64,000 nucleotides of DNA from the NCBI GenBank assembly GCA_043797815.1, contig JAZDPG010000115.1, forward strand, positions 147,573 through 211,572. The letters run 5' to 3'. Below are positions 27,914-37,747 of the stretch, one piece after another; within the stretch, counting starts at the first letter, position 1; every line of letters starts with the position of its first letter. Made by a program: the position numbers and the translations under genes. Source of the DNA: Bacteroidota bacterium. GTDB lineage: Bacteria; Bacteroidota; Bacteroidia; Bacteroidales; GCA-2748055. The notes under the pieces are model-generated. The model saw only the letters and a list, made by a program, of their open reading frames with translations, was not told the origin of the DNA and made no database searches.

Positions 27914-28111
27914 TTGAAATCCTTTACCCGCTATTCGGGTTTGGGATTTCAAATGGTCATTATCATTCTTCTTTTCTATTGGGCAGGATCCAAACTGGAT
28001 GAAAGGGCTGCCAGCGAAAAACCTGTTTATACGGCCATCCTTACATTGCTGGGTGTTTTCGCCGGAATATACATTGTATTAAAGGAATTTATCGGGAAGA
28101 AGGATGATTGA
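27914..28111 (+). CDS. atpZ: AtpZ/AtpI-family small membrane protein of the F-ATPase operon (start uncertain)
   Basis: The conserved core 'FTRYSGLGFQMVIIILLFYWAGSKLDE...LTLLGVFAGIYIVLKE' has two TM helices. No ATG is available. Candidate starts are TTG 27914 or GTG 27845 (56-bp overlap with bactofilin). Confidence 0.6.
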   Translation: MKSFTRYSGLGFQMVIIILLFYWAGSKLDERAASEKPVYTAILTLLGVFAGIYIVLKEFIGKKDD

Positions 28112-28484
28112 TCAGCTCAGGTTTTTCTGGCAATTGCTGGTACTCACTTCAATCCTGCTGATCGCAGGAATTCTGGGATTGCCTTACCTGGGGGTTGAAT
28201 TTGAGATCAGCAATTTCATTGCAACCACGCTTTCATTTACCGTGATTAACCTGATTACCTGGCTCGTGATGGTGCATGGGATCAAACATAACAACCGTGA
28301 CGGAATGGTCCGGATGCTTGCCGGGATCGGCCTAAAGTTTCTGTTGTACCTCCTCTTTATACTGGTTTACTGGCTGCTTACAAAAAATCTGACAAAACCA
28401 TTTATACTTTCTTTTTTTGCACTATATTTAGTCTTCACTTTTTTTCTGACGGGAAGCGTGCTTAAGTTACTAAAAAACAAATAA
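28104..28484 (+). CDS. 4-TM membrane protein between atpZ and atpB (conserved operon position; function unknown)
   Basis: 126-aa hydrophobic ORF with an ATGA overlap with atpZ, directly upstream of atpB. Confidence 0.55.
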   Translation: MIDQLRFFWQLLVLTSILLIAGILGLPYLGVEFEISNFIATTLSFTVINLITWLVMVHGIKHNNRDGMVRMLAGIGLKFLLYLLFILVYWLLTKNLTKPFILSFFALYLVFTFFLTGSVLKLLKNK

Positions 28485-28489
28485 TTACA

Positions 28490-29635
28490 TTGATCGTGAG
28501 CGTGAAATATTTTGCTGCTGTAAGCACCCTGTTTTTTGGAATTGGCCTGTTTTCCCCGATACCCCAATTGCTGGCACAGGACGGGCACCATGCTGAGTTA
28601 TTATCAGGAGAGCAGACCGGCGATGCACAGGAAGAGGAGTTCAATGCCACTGAATACATTCTGGAACACATTTCCGATTCCCATGAATGGCATATTCTTA
28701 CCCGAAAGAACGGACAACATGTAGCCGTTCCTTTGCCGGTGATCCTTTACAGCAAACATTCAGGTTTTCACCTGTTCTCGTCAAAGTATTTAGCACACGG
28801 ACATACACATGATGGTTTTCAGATGGGGCATGGAACCATCCAGGTAAAGAACAGGAAGGGTGAAATAGTCGATAAAAGCCTGAACGGGAAAATCGTTGAA
28901 GTGGATGATCAGGGAGAGATGGTAGAGGCAGGGTTACCGCTGGATTTTTCAATCACCAAGAATGTATTTATGATGATGCTTTCGCTCATCATCCTGTTGT
29001 GGGTGTTCCTTGGCCTGGCAAAATCTTATAAGAAGATGGGGATCAGCGAACCCAAAGGCCTGGCTGGTTTTATCGAGCCGGTAATTGTCTTTATTAAGGA
29101 GGATGTGGCCATTCCCAACATCGGTGAAGAGAAGTATGCGCGTTACATGCCCTACCTTTTGACCGTATTCTTTTTTATCCTGCTGAACAACCTCATGGGG
29201 CTGATCCCTTTTTTCCCTTTTGGAGCCAACGTGACCGGGAACATCGCCCTGACCATGGTGTTGGCCGTATTTACATTCATTATCACAACCTTTAGTGGGA
29301 ATAGGGGTTACTGGCAGCATATTTTCAATACCCCTGGAGTTCCCTTTTGGCTGGCACCTATTACGATCCCTGTGGAGGTCATCGGTATGTTTACCAAACC
29401 TTTTGCACTGATGGTGCGGCTTTTTGCCAACATAACAGCAGGCCATATCATTGTATTGAGCCTTATCTCCATGATCTTTATATTTAAATCCATTTTCATT
29501 TCTGTCCCTTCTTTAGTTATGGTCTTAATTATGGATTTTATTGAATTGCTTGTGGCATTCCTGCAGGCATATATCTTCACTTTACTATCAGCATTGTTCA
29601 TCGGATTGGCGATGCCGGAGCATCACCATGATTAA
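28490..29635 (+). CDS. atpB: F0F1 ATP synthase subunit a
   Basis: 'LRLFANITAGHI' contains the essential Arg. It has multiple TM helices and a long N-terminal extension with a signal-like segment. The true start may be GTG 28502 (MKYFAAV...). Confidence 0.9.
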   Translation: MIVSVKYFAAVSTLFFGIGLFSPIPQLLAQDGHHAELLSGEQTGDAQEEEFNATEYILEHISDSHEWHILTRKNGQHVAVPLPVILYSKHSGFHLFSSKYLAHGHTHDGFQMGHGTIQVKNRKGEIVDKSLNGKIVEVDDQGEMVEAGLPLDFSITKNVFMMMLSLIILLWVFLGLAKSYKKMGISEPKGLAGFIEPVIVFIKEDVAIPNIGEEKYARYMPYLLTVFFFILLNNLMGLIPFFPFGANVTGNIALTMVLAVFTFIITTFSGNRGYWQHIFNTPGVPFWLAPITIPVEVIGMFTKPFALMVRLFANITAGHIIVLSLISMIFIFKSIFISVPSLVMVLIMDFIELLVAFLQAYIFTLLSALFIGLAMPEHHHD

Positions 29636-29647
29636 TTTTCACTTTAA

Positions 29648-29866
<219 letters not shown>

Positions 29867-29882
29867 TCAACTTTGTTGAATT

Positions 29883-29914
29883 GGCCTGTAACGGTTGGTT
29901 GCAGGCCTTTCTTT
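29883..29914 (+). terminator. stem-loop with U-rich tail after atpE (possible intra-operon attenuator)
   Basis: GGCCTGTAAC (29883-29892) pairs with GTTGCAGGCC (29898-29907) over 10 bp including one U-G, with loop GGTTG. TTTCTTTG follows. Confidence 0.45.
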
Positions 29915-29937
29915 GAAAAAAATTAAAAAATCATACA

Positions 29938-30432
29938 ATGGATTTAGTAACACCGGGAATAGGCATGATCTTCTGGTCAACCCTTTTCTTTCTGATTCTG
30001 CTTTTTGTCCTGGGTAAATTTGCATGGCCGGCAATTCTCACTGCTGTTTCAGCACGGAATGAAAGCATTCGCAAAGCTCTGGATGCCGCAGAAAAGGCAA
30101 AAGAAGAGATGGCCCGATTGAAAGCCGACAATGAGAAAATCCTTGCCGAGGCCAGGGCAGAAAGAGACGCCCTGATGAAAGAGGCGAAGCTGATGAAGGA
30201 CAGGCTCATCGCTGAGGCCAAAGAGAAAGCTACTGAAGAAGCCCGAAAGCTTGTAAAAAGTGCCCGGGAGTCGATTCAGACAGAAAAAGCTGCAGCCATT
30301 AATGATATGAAAATTCAAATGGCCAGTATCTCAGTGGATATAGCTGAAAAGATCCTCAGGGCAAAACTTGAAGACAGCAAAGCGCAGAAGGAATTGGTCA
30401 GCAAGCTGATCAATGAGGCGGACCTGAATTAA
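29938..30432 (+). CDS. atpF: F0F1 ATP synthase subunit b
   Basis: One N-terminal TM helix followed by a long charged coiled coil ('AEKAKEEMARLKADNEKILAEARAERD'). Operon position supports the call. Confidence 0.9.
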   Translation: MDLVTPGIGMIFWSTLFFLILLFVLGKFAWPAILTAVSARNESIRKALDAAEKAKEEMARLKADNEKILAEARAERDALMKEAKLMKDRLIAEAKEKATEEARKLVKSARESIQTEKAAAINDMKIQMASISVDIAEKILRAKLEDSKAQKELVSKLINEADLN

Positions 30433-30443
30433 TTAAGTGTTTA

Positions 30444-30995
30444 ATGAACGAAAGTCAGATTTCTGTAAGATACGCAAAAGCGCTGTTTCAGAATGCTTCT
30501 GAAAAGCAGCTCCTGGACCAGGTGTACAAGGACATGGAAGTGCTGTCAGATACCTGTAAAATGGAAGATTTCCAATACATGCTGGTTGTACCTACACTTC
30601 AGCCAAGCCAGAAATGTGCCTTGGTGGGATCCATATTGAGTCCCCATCTCAGTGAGGTCTCCGTTGCCTTGATCAATCTGGTGATCAAAAACAAAAGGGA
30701 GACTTATCTTCCGGGCATCGCCAGGAATTTCAGGGACCTTTATCGCAAGGCAAAGGGAATGCGGATAGCGTCTCTGGTTACTGCTCAGCCTGTAGAAGAG
30801 GCCGCCCTGAAAAGTATAAAAGCTTTAATTACAAAAGCATACGATTCGGAAGTGGAGCTCTCAACAGCTGTGGATAAGGATGTGATCGGTGGATTTGTAC
30901 TTACCATTGAGGATTTGCAGTACGATGCAAGTGTGGCTGGCAGTCTCAGAAAGCTCAAAAAGCAATTACTTCAAACCGGAATTGAAAATAAATAA
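30444..30995 (+). CDS. atpH: F0F1 ATP synthase subunit delta (OSCP)
   Basis: 'ISVRYAKALF' N-terminus and 'VIGGFVLTIEDLQYDASVAGSL' C-terminus. Operon position supports the call. Confidence 0.9.
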   Translation: MNESQISVRYAKALFQNASEKQLLDQVYKDMEVLSDTCKMEDFQYMLVVPTLQPSQKCALVGSILSPHLSEVSVALINLVIKNKRETYLPGIARNFRDLYRKAKGMRIASLVTAQPVEEAALKSIKALITKAYDSEVELSTAVDKDVIGGFVLTIEDLQYDASVAGSLRKLKKQLLQTGIENK

Positions 30996-30998
30996 CAA

Positions 30999-32576
30999 AT
31001 GGGTCAGATTAAACCTTCCGAAGTATCGGAGATATTAAAGAAACAGATCGATGGTTTCAAAAGTGAAGTTGAACTTGAAGAAGTAGGATCAGTTCTGCAG
31101 GTGGGGGATGGTATCGCCCGGATTTATGGACTGAACAGTGTCCAGGCAAATGAAATGATTGAATTTGACAGCGGAGTGATGGGAATCGTTCTGAATCTGG
31201 AAGAGGACAATGTGGGAGCCGTTTTACTGGGTTCATCCGACAAGATCAGGGAAGGTGATTCGGTTAAACGCACCAAGAAGATTGCCTCCATCATGGTAGG
31301 AGAGCCCTTGCTTGGAAGGGTCATCAATACACTGGGAGAACCCATTGATGGCAAAGGCCCCATCACGGGAAAAATGATCGACTTGCCCCTGGAGCGAAAA
31401 GCCCCTGGAGTCATTTTCCGCCAGCCGGTAAGTGAGCCGCTTCAAACCGGGATCAAGCCCATCGATGCCATGATCCCCATAGGGCGCGGCCAGAGAGAAT
31501 TAATCATCGGGGACCGCCAGACGGGTAAAACAGCCATTGCCATTGATACCATTATCAATCAGAAGGAGTTTTACGAGAAGGGAGAACCTGTTTACTGTAT
31601 CTATGTGGCTATAGGCCAGAAGGGCTCCACCGTGGCCAATATCCAAAAAACGCTGGAAGAGGCTGGTGCCATGGACTATACCGTCATTGTATCCTCCACT
31701 GCTTCGGATCCGGCTGCACTTCAGTTTTATGCTCCGTTTGCCGGCTGTTCCATCGGGGAGTATTTCAGGGATACGGGCCGGTCGGCACTGATTATCTACG
31801 ATGACCTCTCCAAACAGGCCGTCTCTTACCGTGAGGTTTCTCTGCTACTAAGACGCCCACCGGGACGTGAAGCCTATCCGGGAGATGTTTTCTACCTCCA
31901 TTCACGGCTGCTTGAACGCGCTGCGAAGATCATTCAGTCGGATGAGGTAGCCAGAAGCATGAACGACCTTCCCGAACAGCTTGTACCACTGGTGAAAGGG
32001 GGCGGATCATTAACCGCGCTTCCCATCATCGAGACGCAGGCGGGTGACGTCTCTGCCTATATCCCGACAAATGTGATTTCCATTACAGATGGGCAAATCT
32101 TTCTGGAATCCAACCTGTTTAATGCGGGTGTACGGCCTGCCATTAATGTGGGGATCTCTGTCTCCAGGGTGGGAGGAAATGCACAGATCAAATCCATGAA
32201 AAAGATTGCCGGCACCCTTAAACTTGACCAGGCGCAGTTCCGCGAACTTGAGGCATTTTCCAAGTTCGGATCAGACCTGGATGCAGCCACAAAGGCGGTT
32301 CTGGACAAGGGTCGAAAAAATGTGGAGATCCTGAAACAGAATCAGTACGCGCCCATGTCGGTTGAGAAACAGATCGCCATCATCTATTGCGGGACCCAGG
32401 GGTTACTGAAGGATATACCCGTAGAAAAGGTGAAGGAGTTTGAAGGTGAATTTCTTCAATTCCTTGAATTGAAACACAAAAATGTACTGGCCTCACTTGC
32501 GCAGGGTAAACTGACAGATGAAATCACCACAACACTGGAGAAAACTGCCAAAGAAATCATTGAGAAATTGAAGTAA
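30999..32576 (+). CDS. atpA: F0F1 ATP synthase subunit alpha
   Basis: Walker A 'GDRQTGKTA', '[16 protein letters not shown]' and '[21 protein letters not shown]'. Confidence 0.97.
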   Translation: MGQIKPSEVSEILKKQIDGFKSEVELEEVGSVLQVGDGIARIYGLNSVQANEMIEFDSGVMGIVLNLEEDNVGAVLLGSSDKIREGDSVKRTKKIASIMVGEPLLGRVINTLGEPIDGKGPITGKMIDLPLERKAPGVIFRQPVSEPLQTGIKPIDAMIPIGRGQRELIIGDRQTGKTAIAIDTIINQKEFYEKGEPVYCIYVAIGQKGSTVANIQKTLEEAGAMDYTVIVSSTASDPAALQFYAPFAGCSIGEYFRDTGRSALIIYDDLSKQAVSYREVSLLLRRPPGREAYPGDVFYLHSRLLERAAKIIQSDEVARSMNDLPEQLVPLVKGGGSLTALPIIETQAGDVSAYIPTNVISITDGQIFLESNLFNAGVRPAINVGISVSRVGGNAQIKSMKKIAGTLKLDQAQFRELEAFSKFGSDLDAATKAVLDKGRKNVEILKQNQYAPMSVEKQIAIIYCGTQGLLKDIPVEKVKEFEGEFLQFLELKHKNVLASLAQGKLTDEITTTLEKTAKEIIEKLK

Positions 32577-32579
32577 TCC

Positions 32580-33473
32580 ATGGCGAGTTTAAAGGAGATA
32601 CGTGAACGAAAGGTCTCAGTGGCATCCACCATGCAGATTACCAGTGCCATGAAGATGGTTTCTGCTGCCAAACTGAAAAAGGCCCAGAATGCCATTGTCC
32701 GGTTCCGGCCCTACGCGGATAAATTGAAGGAAATTCTTGCCAGTGTGGGAGACAGCATCAAGGATGATGAGGATAACCAGTATGCCAAACAGCGGGAGAA
32801 GGAACGTGTCTTAATGGTACTGATCACTTCCAACAGGGGTCTTTGCGGAGCCTTTAACTCCAATGTCATCAAGGCAACAGTACATCGGGCTTTGACCCGG
32901 TTCAGCAGTCAGATGATGGCCAGGCAGGTGGATTTCCTGGCCATCGGGAAGAAGGGTAGTGAGTTCCTCCGCAAAAAGGGCTACAATGTCATTTTTGATG
33001 GAAGCAATCTCTTTGATGACCTTACATTTGAAAGGGTGGCTTCCCTTGCAGAAATGGTAATGGGTTTATACACAGAAGGGGAGTATGATCATGTGGACAT
33101 TATCTATAACGCATTCAAAAATGCAGGTACCCAGATCCTGACGGAAGAGCAGTTTCTGCCCATTAAAATTGATGACCTGGCAAAAGATGCTGTCGCCTCA
33201 GTCTCCAATGTGGATTATATCTTTGAACCCACCAAGGTGTACATTGTACAGGAGCTGATCCCGCGGTCTTTGAAGCTGCAGTTTTACAAGGCCATTCTGG
33301 ATTCCAACGCTTCTGAGCACGGAGCAAGAATGACAGCCATGCACAAGGCAACCGACAATGCTACTGAACTGCTCAAGGAGCTGAGCCTTCAATTCAACAA
33401 GGCACGCCAGGCTTCCATCACCAATGAGATCCTGGAAATTGTAGGTGGAGCCGAGGCACAAAAAGGAACATAA
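32580..33473 (+). CDS. atpG: F0F1 ATP synthase subunit gamma
   Basis: 'MASLKEIRERKVSVASTMQITSAMKMVSAAKL' and the C-terminal 'ARQASITNEILEIVGGAEA'. Confidence 0.95.
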   Translation: MASLKEIRERKVSVASTMQITSAMKMVSAAKLKKAQNAIVRFRPYADKLKEILASVGDSIKDDEDNQYAKQREKERVLMVLITSNRGLCGAFNSNVIKATVHRALTRFSSQMMARQVDFLAIGKKGSEFLRKKGYNVIFDGSNLFDDLTFERVASLAEMVMGLYTEGEYDHVDIIYNAFKNAGTQILTEEQFLPIKIDDLAKDAVASVSNVDYIFEPTKVYIVQELIPRSLKLQFYKAILDSNASEHGARMTAMHKATDNATELLKELSLQFNKARQASITNEILEIVGGAEAQKGT

Positions 33474-33490
33474 GAAATTCCTGCTTCAGT

Positions 33491-34987
33491 TTAATGCATC
33501 ATTCTTCGATAGAGGTTCTCAACCAATCTTTCAATATGCAGGAATCTAAGGATCTTTTTTAGTTTCCTATGCTGAATATTCGAGGGCTCAATGCTGATAT
33601 CAAGCAGTTCAGGCCAATTCCGTTTGACTATGTTCCTGTGTGCAACAGGATTATCCTTATAGCGGTATTTTTCCGGAATATGCATAAAAGTTGAGATCAG
33701 TTCTCTGCAGTTGACCATTCTTAACTCCTCTCTCGCTATATCATGCTCCGTTGCTGCTATTCCCCCCCAGTTTGCAGAAAAACACTCCCAGTTAAACCAA
33801 TCCATTATATGAATTCCGAATGTAACGGAATATGACCTGACGGAGTCCAGAAAGTCATTGATAGATTTAATGATGTGAGGGTAATTGGATACTTTAAATT
33901 GGTTGGCAATTTTCTCAGCTGTCGTTTCTCCACTGCATCTGTATACTGCTCTTAAAAGTTGATCCCCCAATACTCCGGTTACGTTCATTCTGTCTTCAAA
34001 ACCAAGCTTTATATATTGATAATATACTTCTGTGAAAACGTTGCGGTTAAAGATGCTGTTCTTGTTAAAAAGATCTATGAACTCCTTTTCCGGGGCAGCA
34101 ATCCCAAATTCGATTATTGAATACTTCAGGTTGTATTGATCCGCAATCTTTCGGGGGATCAGGAAGTCCCAGATATTCTTTTCATAAATCTCGGGGGATT
34201 TGAGGGTGTAATATTCAGCATTCGGATATACCTTTCTGCTTGAGGATAATATCATGCGAGAATCCCATCCCCCTGTGAGAGAAATATGAAGTTTATATCG
34301 TATAGCAGCACTTTCAATTGTTCCTTTAAATATACCGGCAATATATTCAGTTGATTCATTCAGTGTTCTTTTCCCGGGTTGTTCAACAGGCCAAAATCGC
34401 TCAATTCTTCTGTTTTGAAAATCAATGAGATGATTTGGGGGAAGAATAAACAGATTTTTTAAAGGAGTCTCATAGCCAAACCATGCACTGTTGTTGTTCC
34501 GGTATTCTGATGCGTTTAAGTAAGCGAGAATCCCATCGTTTTCAGTTTGGTTAAGCTCTTTGTACTCTGAAATCAGGTTGGGTGTGGATGCAATCCAAAC
34601 AGCGTCATTTCCAAAATAATAGAAAACCTGCTTTGAGGCTGTTGCATCATTAATGATATATAAATTACTGCCATCAGATATCAGCAGCGCATATTTACCA
34701 TTCAAAGAATCTGTTCGTTTTAATACATCCCTGCAGTTCCCGTAATCCGCCATTTCATCAACAATGTTCTTGTTGGATAGGGACGGATGAAACGGATCAA
34801 GTAAATATCCGAGTAATACAATCTCAAGCTTGTTTTGGCTGTGTTCAAACTCTAAATCCGGATGACAAACCAGGTTAAATGTCTCTCCGCACGAGGATAT
34901 TTCAGTTTTACGCCAGTTTTCCCGCTTGCTGATTTTTGAATTGGTTAAAAGAAACTGTCTGCGATAAATAAGCTTGGTGTAATTCAT
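33491..34987 (-). CDS. asparagine-synthase-like PP-loop (adenylating) enzyme without an N-terminal catalytic Cys; orphan
   Basis: 498 aa. 'LHISLTGGWDSRMIL' resembles the SGGxDS PP-loop of AsnB-type enzymes. The N-terminal half follows an Ntn-amidotransferase-like pattern ('GKYALLISDGSNLYIINDATASKQVFYY') but starts 'MNYTK', so it has no Cys2. GC is low. Confidence 0.5.
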   Translation of the reverse strand: MNYTKLIYRRQFLLTNSKISKRENWRKTEISSCGETFNLVCHPDLEFEHSQNKLEIVLLGYLLDPFHPSLSNKNIVDEMADYGNCRDVLKRTDSLNGKYALLISDGSNLYIINDATASKQVFYYFGNDAVWIASTPNLISEYKELNQTENDGILAYLNASEYRNNNSAWFGYETPLKNLFILPPNHLIDFQNRRIERFWPVEQPGKRTLNESTEYIAGIFKGTIESAAIRYKLHISLTGGWDSRMILSSSRKVYPNAEYYTLKSPEIYEKNIWDFLIPRKIADQYNLKYSIIEFGIAAPEKEFIDLFNKNSIFNRNVFTEVYYQYIKLGFEDRMNVTGVLGDQLLRAVYRCSGETTAEKIANQFKVSNYPHIIKSINDFLDSVRSYSVTFGIHIMDWFNWECFSANWGGIAATEHDIAREELRMVNCRELISTFMHIPEKYRYKDNPVAHRNIVKRNWPELLDISIEPSNIQHRKLKKILRFLHIERLVENLYRRMMH

Positions 34988-35055
34988 TTTTTATGGGGAT
35001 GTTAACTTCATGACCTGTTCTACAATGGATCTGCTGCAGGCACTTTTTCATGTGT

Positions 35056-37551
35056 CTACTGAAGTGAAATGAGTACCATGACCGTTCCTTCATCACCGCT
35101 GGAAAAACCCACGGCTTTCCCTATTATGGCATTTCGCCTGCGCTCGTTCTCTGCCAGGATGCGTTTCAGTTCATCAAAGTCCCGTGCTTCATTCACATCC
35201 AGCAAGGTCCATTTCATGGCATATCCCGGAGTTGAGGAAGTGGTCAGCAGATCGCCCGGCCCAATGGCCCCGTTCTCTTCGGTGACCTTCACAGGGACAC
35301 GACCTGAAAGGGCCAGGCGTGCAACAGAGACTCCTTCAATGGGTTCGCCGGTTTCCTCATCCATCACCAGATCCATACCCATGACCAGGTGCGGTTTGGT
35401 TGAAACTACGCCCAGAACGGATGTCTGATAAGGTTCTGCAGATTTGGTCACGCTCTCATTATTGGCAGGATCAGCCACCACTACATCTCCAGCCCCGGTT
35501 TCGTTTGAGGGATCATAATAGTATTCGGCAACGTCAAATCCATCCCCGGCCCGAATATCTGCGAATAATCCGTAATAAGTCCCAAGTGTTCCGGCATCTC
35601 TGAAAACTCCGCTGTAGTATGAAATACCATCCTTGGCTCTCTCTATTTCATTCAGGAGTCCCCATGAATAGGTGCCGGTAAAATCAGGTTCAATTGTGGT
35701 CATTATCTTAACTCCATTTGTGCTGTTTTTAATATCCATGATTGAACTACCATTCTTGTTGATCCGAAATGCATCATTCCTGTCGCTGGTTCCTGTTCCG
35801 TTCCCTATCTGGAACAGCGGGTCTGTTTCCACCCACGAGGCAGTATCGCCGAGAATCTCATTATAGGTTCCGATGGCCAGGGAATTCATGGCCTGGGAGT
35901 AAAGGTTTTCACCTATGGCCACGGAATAGTACCCCACCGCATCGTTGTTGTATCCGGCAGCAAAAGCGTAACTCCGGTATGCGGAATTTGAGACCCCGAG
36001 AGACACAGCGCCCTGGGCATAAGCGTTGTTGTAAGTGCCCAGCGCAAACCCTCCGTCATTGGAGTAATTTCCGTTGCCAAAGGATATGGAATAGTCTCCG
36101 TCCGCACTGTTGTTTCGTGTAATGGTGCGCGGTTTTGAAGGAGGCCATGTGGGCTTTGAGAATATTACATAACTGTAGTGTGCTCCTATGGCGATGGATT
36201 TGTAACCGTTGGCCTGGGACCGGTAGCCTATGGCGGATGCGTAACTGCCACCGGCTGTGGTACCTGACCCAATGGCCACCGACTGGAATCCATTGGCCGT
36301 GCTGCTGGCCCCGAGGCTCATTGCACCTGAGTTCAGGGCCTGGGCACCCATTCCAAAAGCAATGGAATAGTCGCCCGTAGCCGATGTGGAAACTCCGGTA
36401 GGTATCCCCAGTGTATCAATTCCCACGGAACCGAAAGCGAAACTTTTATCGCCCGAAGCCCTGGCCCCAGATCCGAATGCATAGGAGTCATTGCCCAGCG
36501 CTTTGGAAGTATTGCCCAGGGCAAAGGAGTTCTCCAGGGCAACTGCTTCACGGCCAATGGCTGTGGAATAATCTCCCAGCGCCATGCTTTTATAACCGAA
36601 CCCCTGGGAGTACTGTCCCATGGCCACTGATTTGTATCCCAGTGAAGTAGAATTAAATCCGATACTATCCGGGGAACCTATATGGATGGTCCCTGCGAAG
36701 AAGGCATCTTTGGTGGGGTAAAAGAGAATTTGGGATTTATCTGAAGTCGTCTCTTCATCTTCACCAGGTAATAAGTTAAAAAAAAGATCATTTTGGGCTG
36801 CCTTGGAACGGCTGTACCCACCCACGGCAAAACCACCCTTTCTTCCTTTGGCCGAAGGATCTGTATCAATGTATATCCTCACGCTATCGGAATTTACATG
36901 CATATATTGTTCGGTTACACCTTTGGTACGGCTGTAGCCCCCCACGGCAAATCCCCCTTTTCTTCCCTTGGAGTTTAACGTATCCACATAGACCCATACC
37001 ATATCCTCGTAGACGGCAAAGACAGGCTGCCCGTCTTTTCTTTTCACCTCAAACAGGGCTTCGCCAGGCTGGGGCTCGGCACTGGGCTGCACACTGAAGC
37101 TGGTTGTGGCACTTTTGGCTGATGCTGCATACCGGGCGAGGGGAACTGTCTGTATGGGTGACCCGCCCATGTTCATGAATTCACCATCGGTCTTCACCCA
37201 GACACTGAGAAAATAGGAATGGGCAGACCAGTCGATCTGGTCAAAGGAAGAGGCACTGCCTGCACCTTTCAAAGCGTCAGGACCACCCACTTCCAGGGTA
37301 AAGAGCCCCAGTGAACTTGTCCGGACTGCATGTTCCTCCTCCCAGATCAATTCTCCATCACCAGAATCCACATGGATGGCAATTTTTACAGTAAGGTCCA
37401 GATCAGTCATGGGGGCGCCTGAAAGATTCCGGGCCACGGCCTGATAATTAAAACCCTGTTGTTGTTGCTGCGCCTGAAGATTGTGCAGAGCAAAGAATCC
37501 CAACATGCCAAAGGTCGCAGTGATCCTGAGAATTTGAATTGTAGTTTTCAT
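35056..37551 (-). CDS. secreted tail-fibre / YadA-head-like repeat protein with a C-terminal autoprocessing-chaperone-like domain
   Basis: Signal 'MKTTIQILRITATFGMLGFFALHNLQAQ' (start moved from 37602). Many 'SxAxGxxAxA' repeats occur ('YSIAFGMGAQALNSGAMSLGASSTANGFQSVAIGSGTTAGGSYASAIGYRSQANGYKSIAIG'). The C-terminal 'SVLGVVSTKPHLVMG...SGRVPVKV...IGPGDLLTTSSTPGYAM' resembles phage fibre peptidase-G2/S74-type domains. Confidence 0.6.
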   Translation of the reverse strand: MKTTIQILRITATFGMLGFFALHNLQAQQQQQGFNYQAVARNLSGAPMTDLDLTVKIAIHVDSGDGELIWEEEHAVRTSSLGLFTLEVGGPDALKGAGSASSFDQIDWSAHSYFLSVWVKTDGEFMNMGGSPIQTVPLARYAASAKSATTSFSVQPSAEPQPGEALFEVKRKDGQPVFAVYEDMVWVYVDTLNSKGRKGGFAVGGYSRTKGVTEQYMHVNSDSVRIYIDTDPSAKGRKGGFAVGGYSRSKAAQNDLFFNLLPGEDEETTSDKSQILFYPTKDAFFAGTIHIGSPDSIGFNSTSLGYKSVAMGQYSQGFGYKSMALGDYSTAIGREAVALENSFALGNTSKALGNDSYAFGSGARASGDKSFAFGSVGIDTLGIPTGVSTSATGDYSIAFGMGAQALNSGAMSLGASSTANGFQSVAIGSGTTAGGSYASAIGYRSQANGYKSIAIGAHYSYVIFSKPTWPPSKPRTITRNNSADGDYSISFGNGNYSNDGGFALGTYNNAYAQGAVSLGVSNSAYRSYAFAAGYNNDAVGYYSVAIGENLYSQAMNSLAIGTYNEILGDTASWVETDPLFQIGNGTGTSDRNDAFRINKNGSSIMDIKNSTNGVKIMTTIEPDFTGTYSWGLLNEIERAKDGISYYSGVFRDAGTLGTYYGLFADIRAGDGFDVAEYYYDPSNETGAGDVVVADPANNESVTKSAEPYQTSVLGVVSTKPHLVMGMDLVMDEETGEPIEGVSVARLALSGRVPVKVTEENGAIGPGDLLTTSSTPGYAMKWTLLDVNEARDFDELKRILAENERRRNAIIGKAVGFSSGDEGTVMVLISLQ
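36801..36970. repeat. tandem 120-bp (40-aa) duplication inside the fibre gene
   Basis: The ~50-bp cores at 36801-36850 and 36921-36970 are near-identical (ccttggaacggctgtacccacccacggcaaaacc... versus ctttggtacggctgtagccccccacggcaaatcc...). They encode 'KGRKGGFAVGGYSR(T/S)K' twice. Confidence 0.7.
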
Positions 37552-37747
37552 CTGTTTCGGTTTCAGAAGTTGAAAAACTATGCAGAAAATACCATGGACC
37601 AAACATAAAATTGGTCCGTAAGAGGATTTGGCAGTTTACCCTAAAGACCTGCTGCTACACGGTCTGGTTGCAACATAAATCTACAAAATAAATCAGAAAT
37701 GTGATGGATTCCTGTGCAGCCTGACAGAGCGTTGCCCTTCCCAAGGG

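Noticed and set aside
37733-37747. Hairpin GCCCTT-GGG-AAGGGC immediately after the carB stop (minus strand).
   Set aside because: It has only a 6-bp stem and is not followed by a U-run, so the evidence is too weak to call a terminator.
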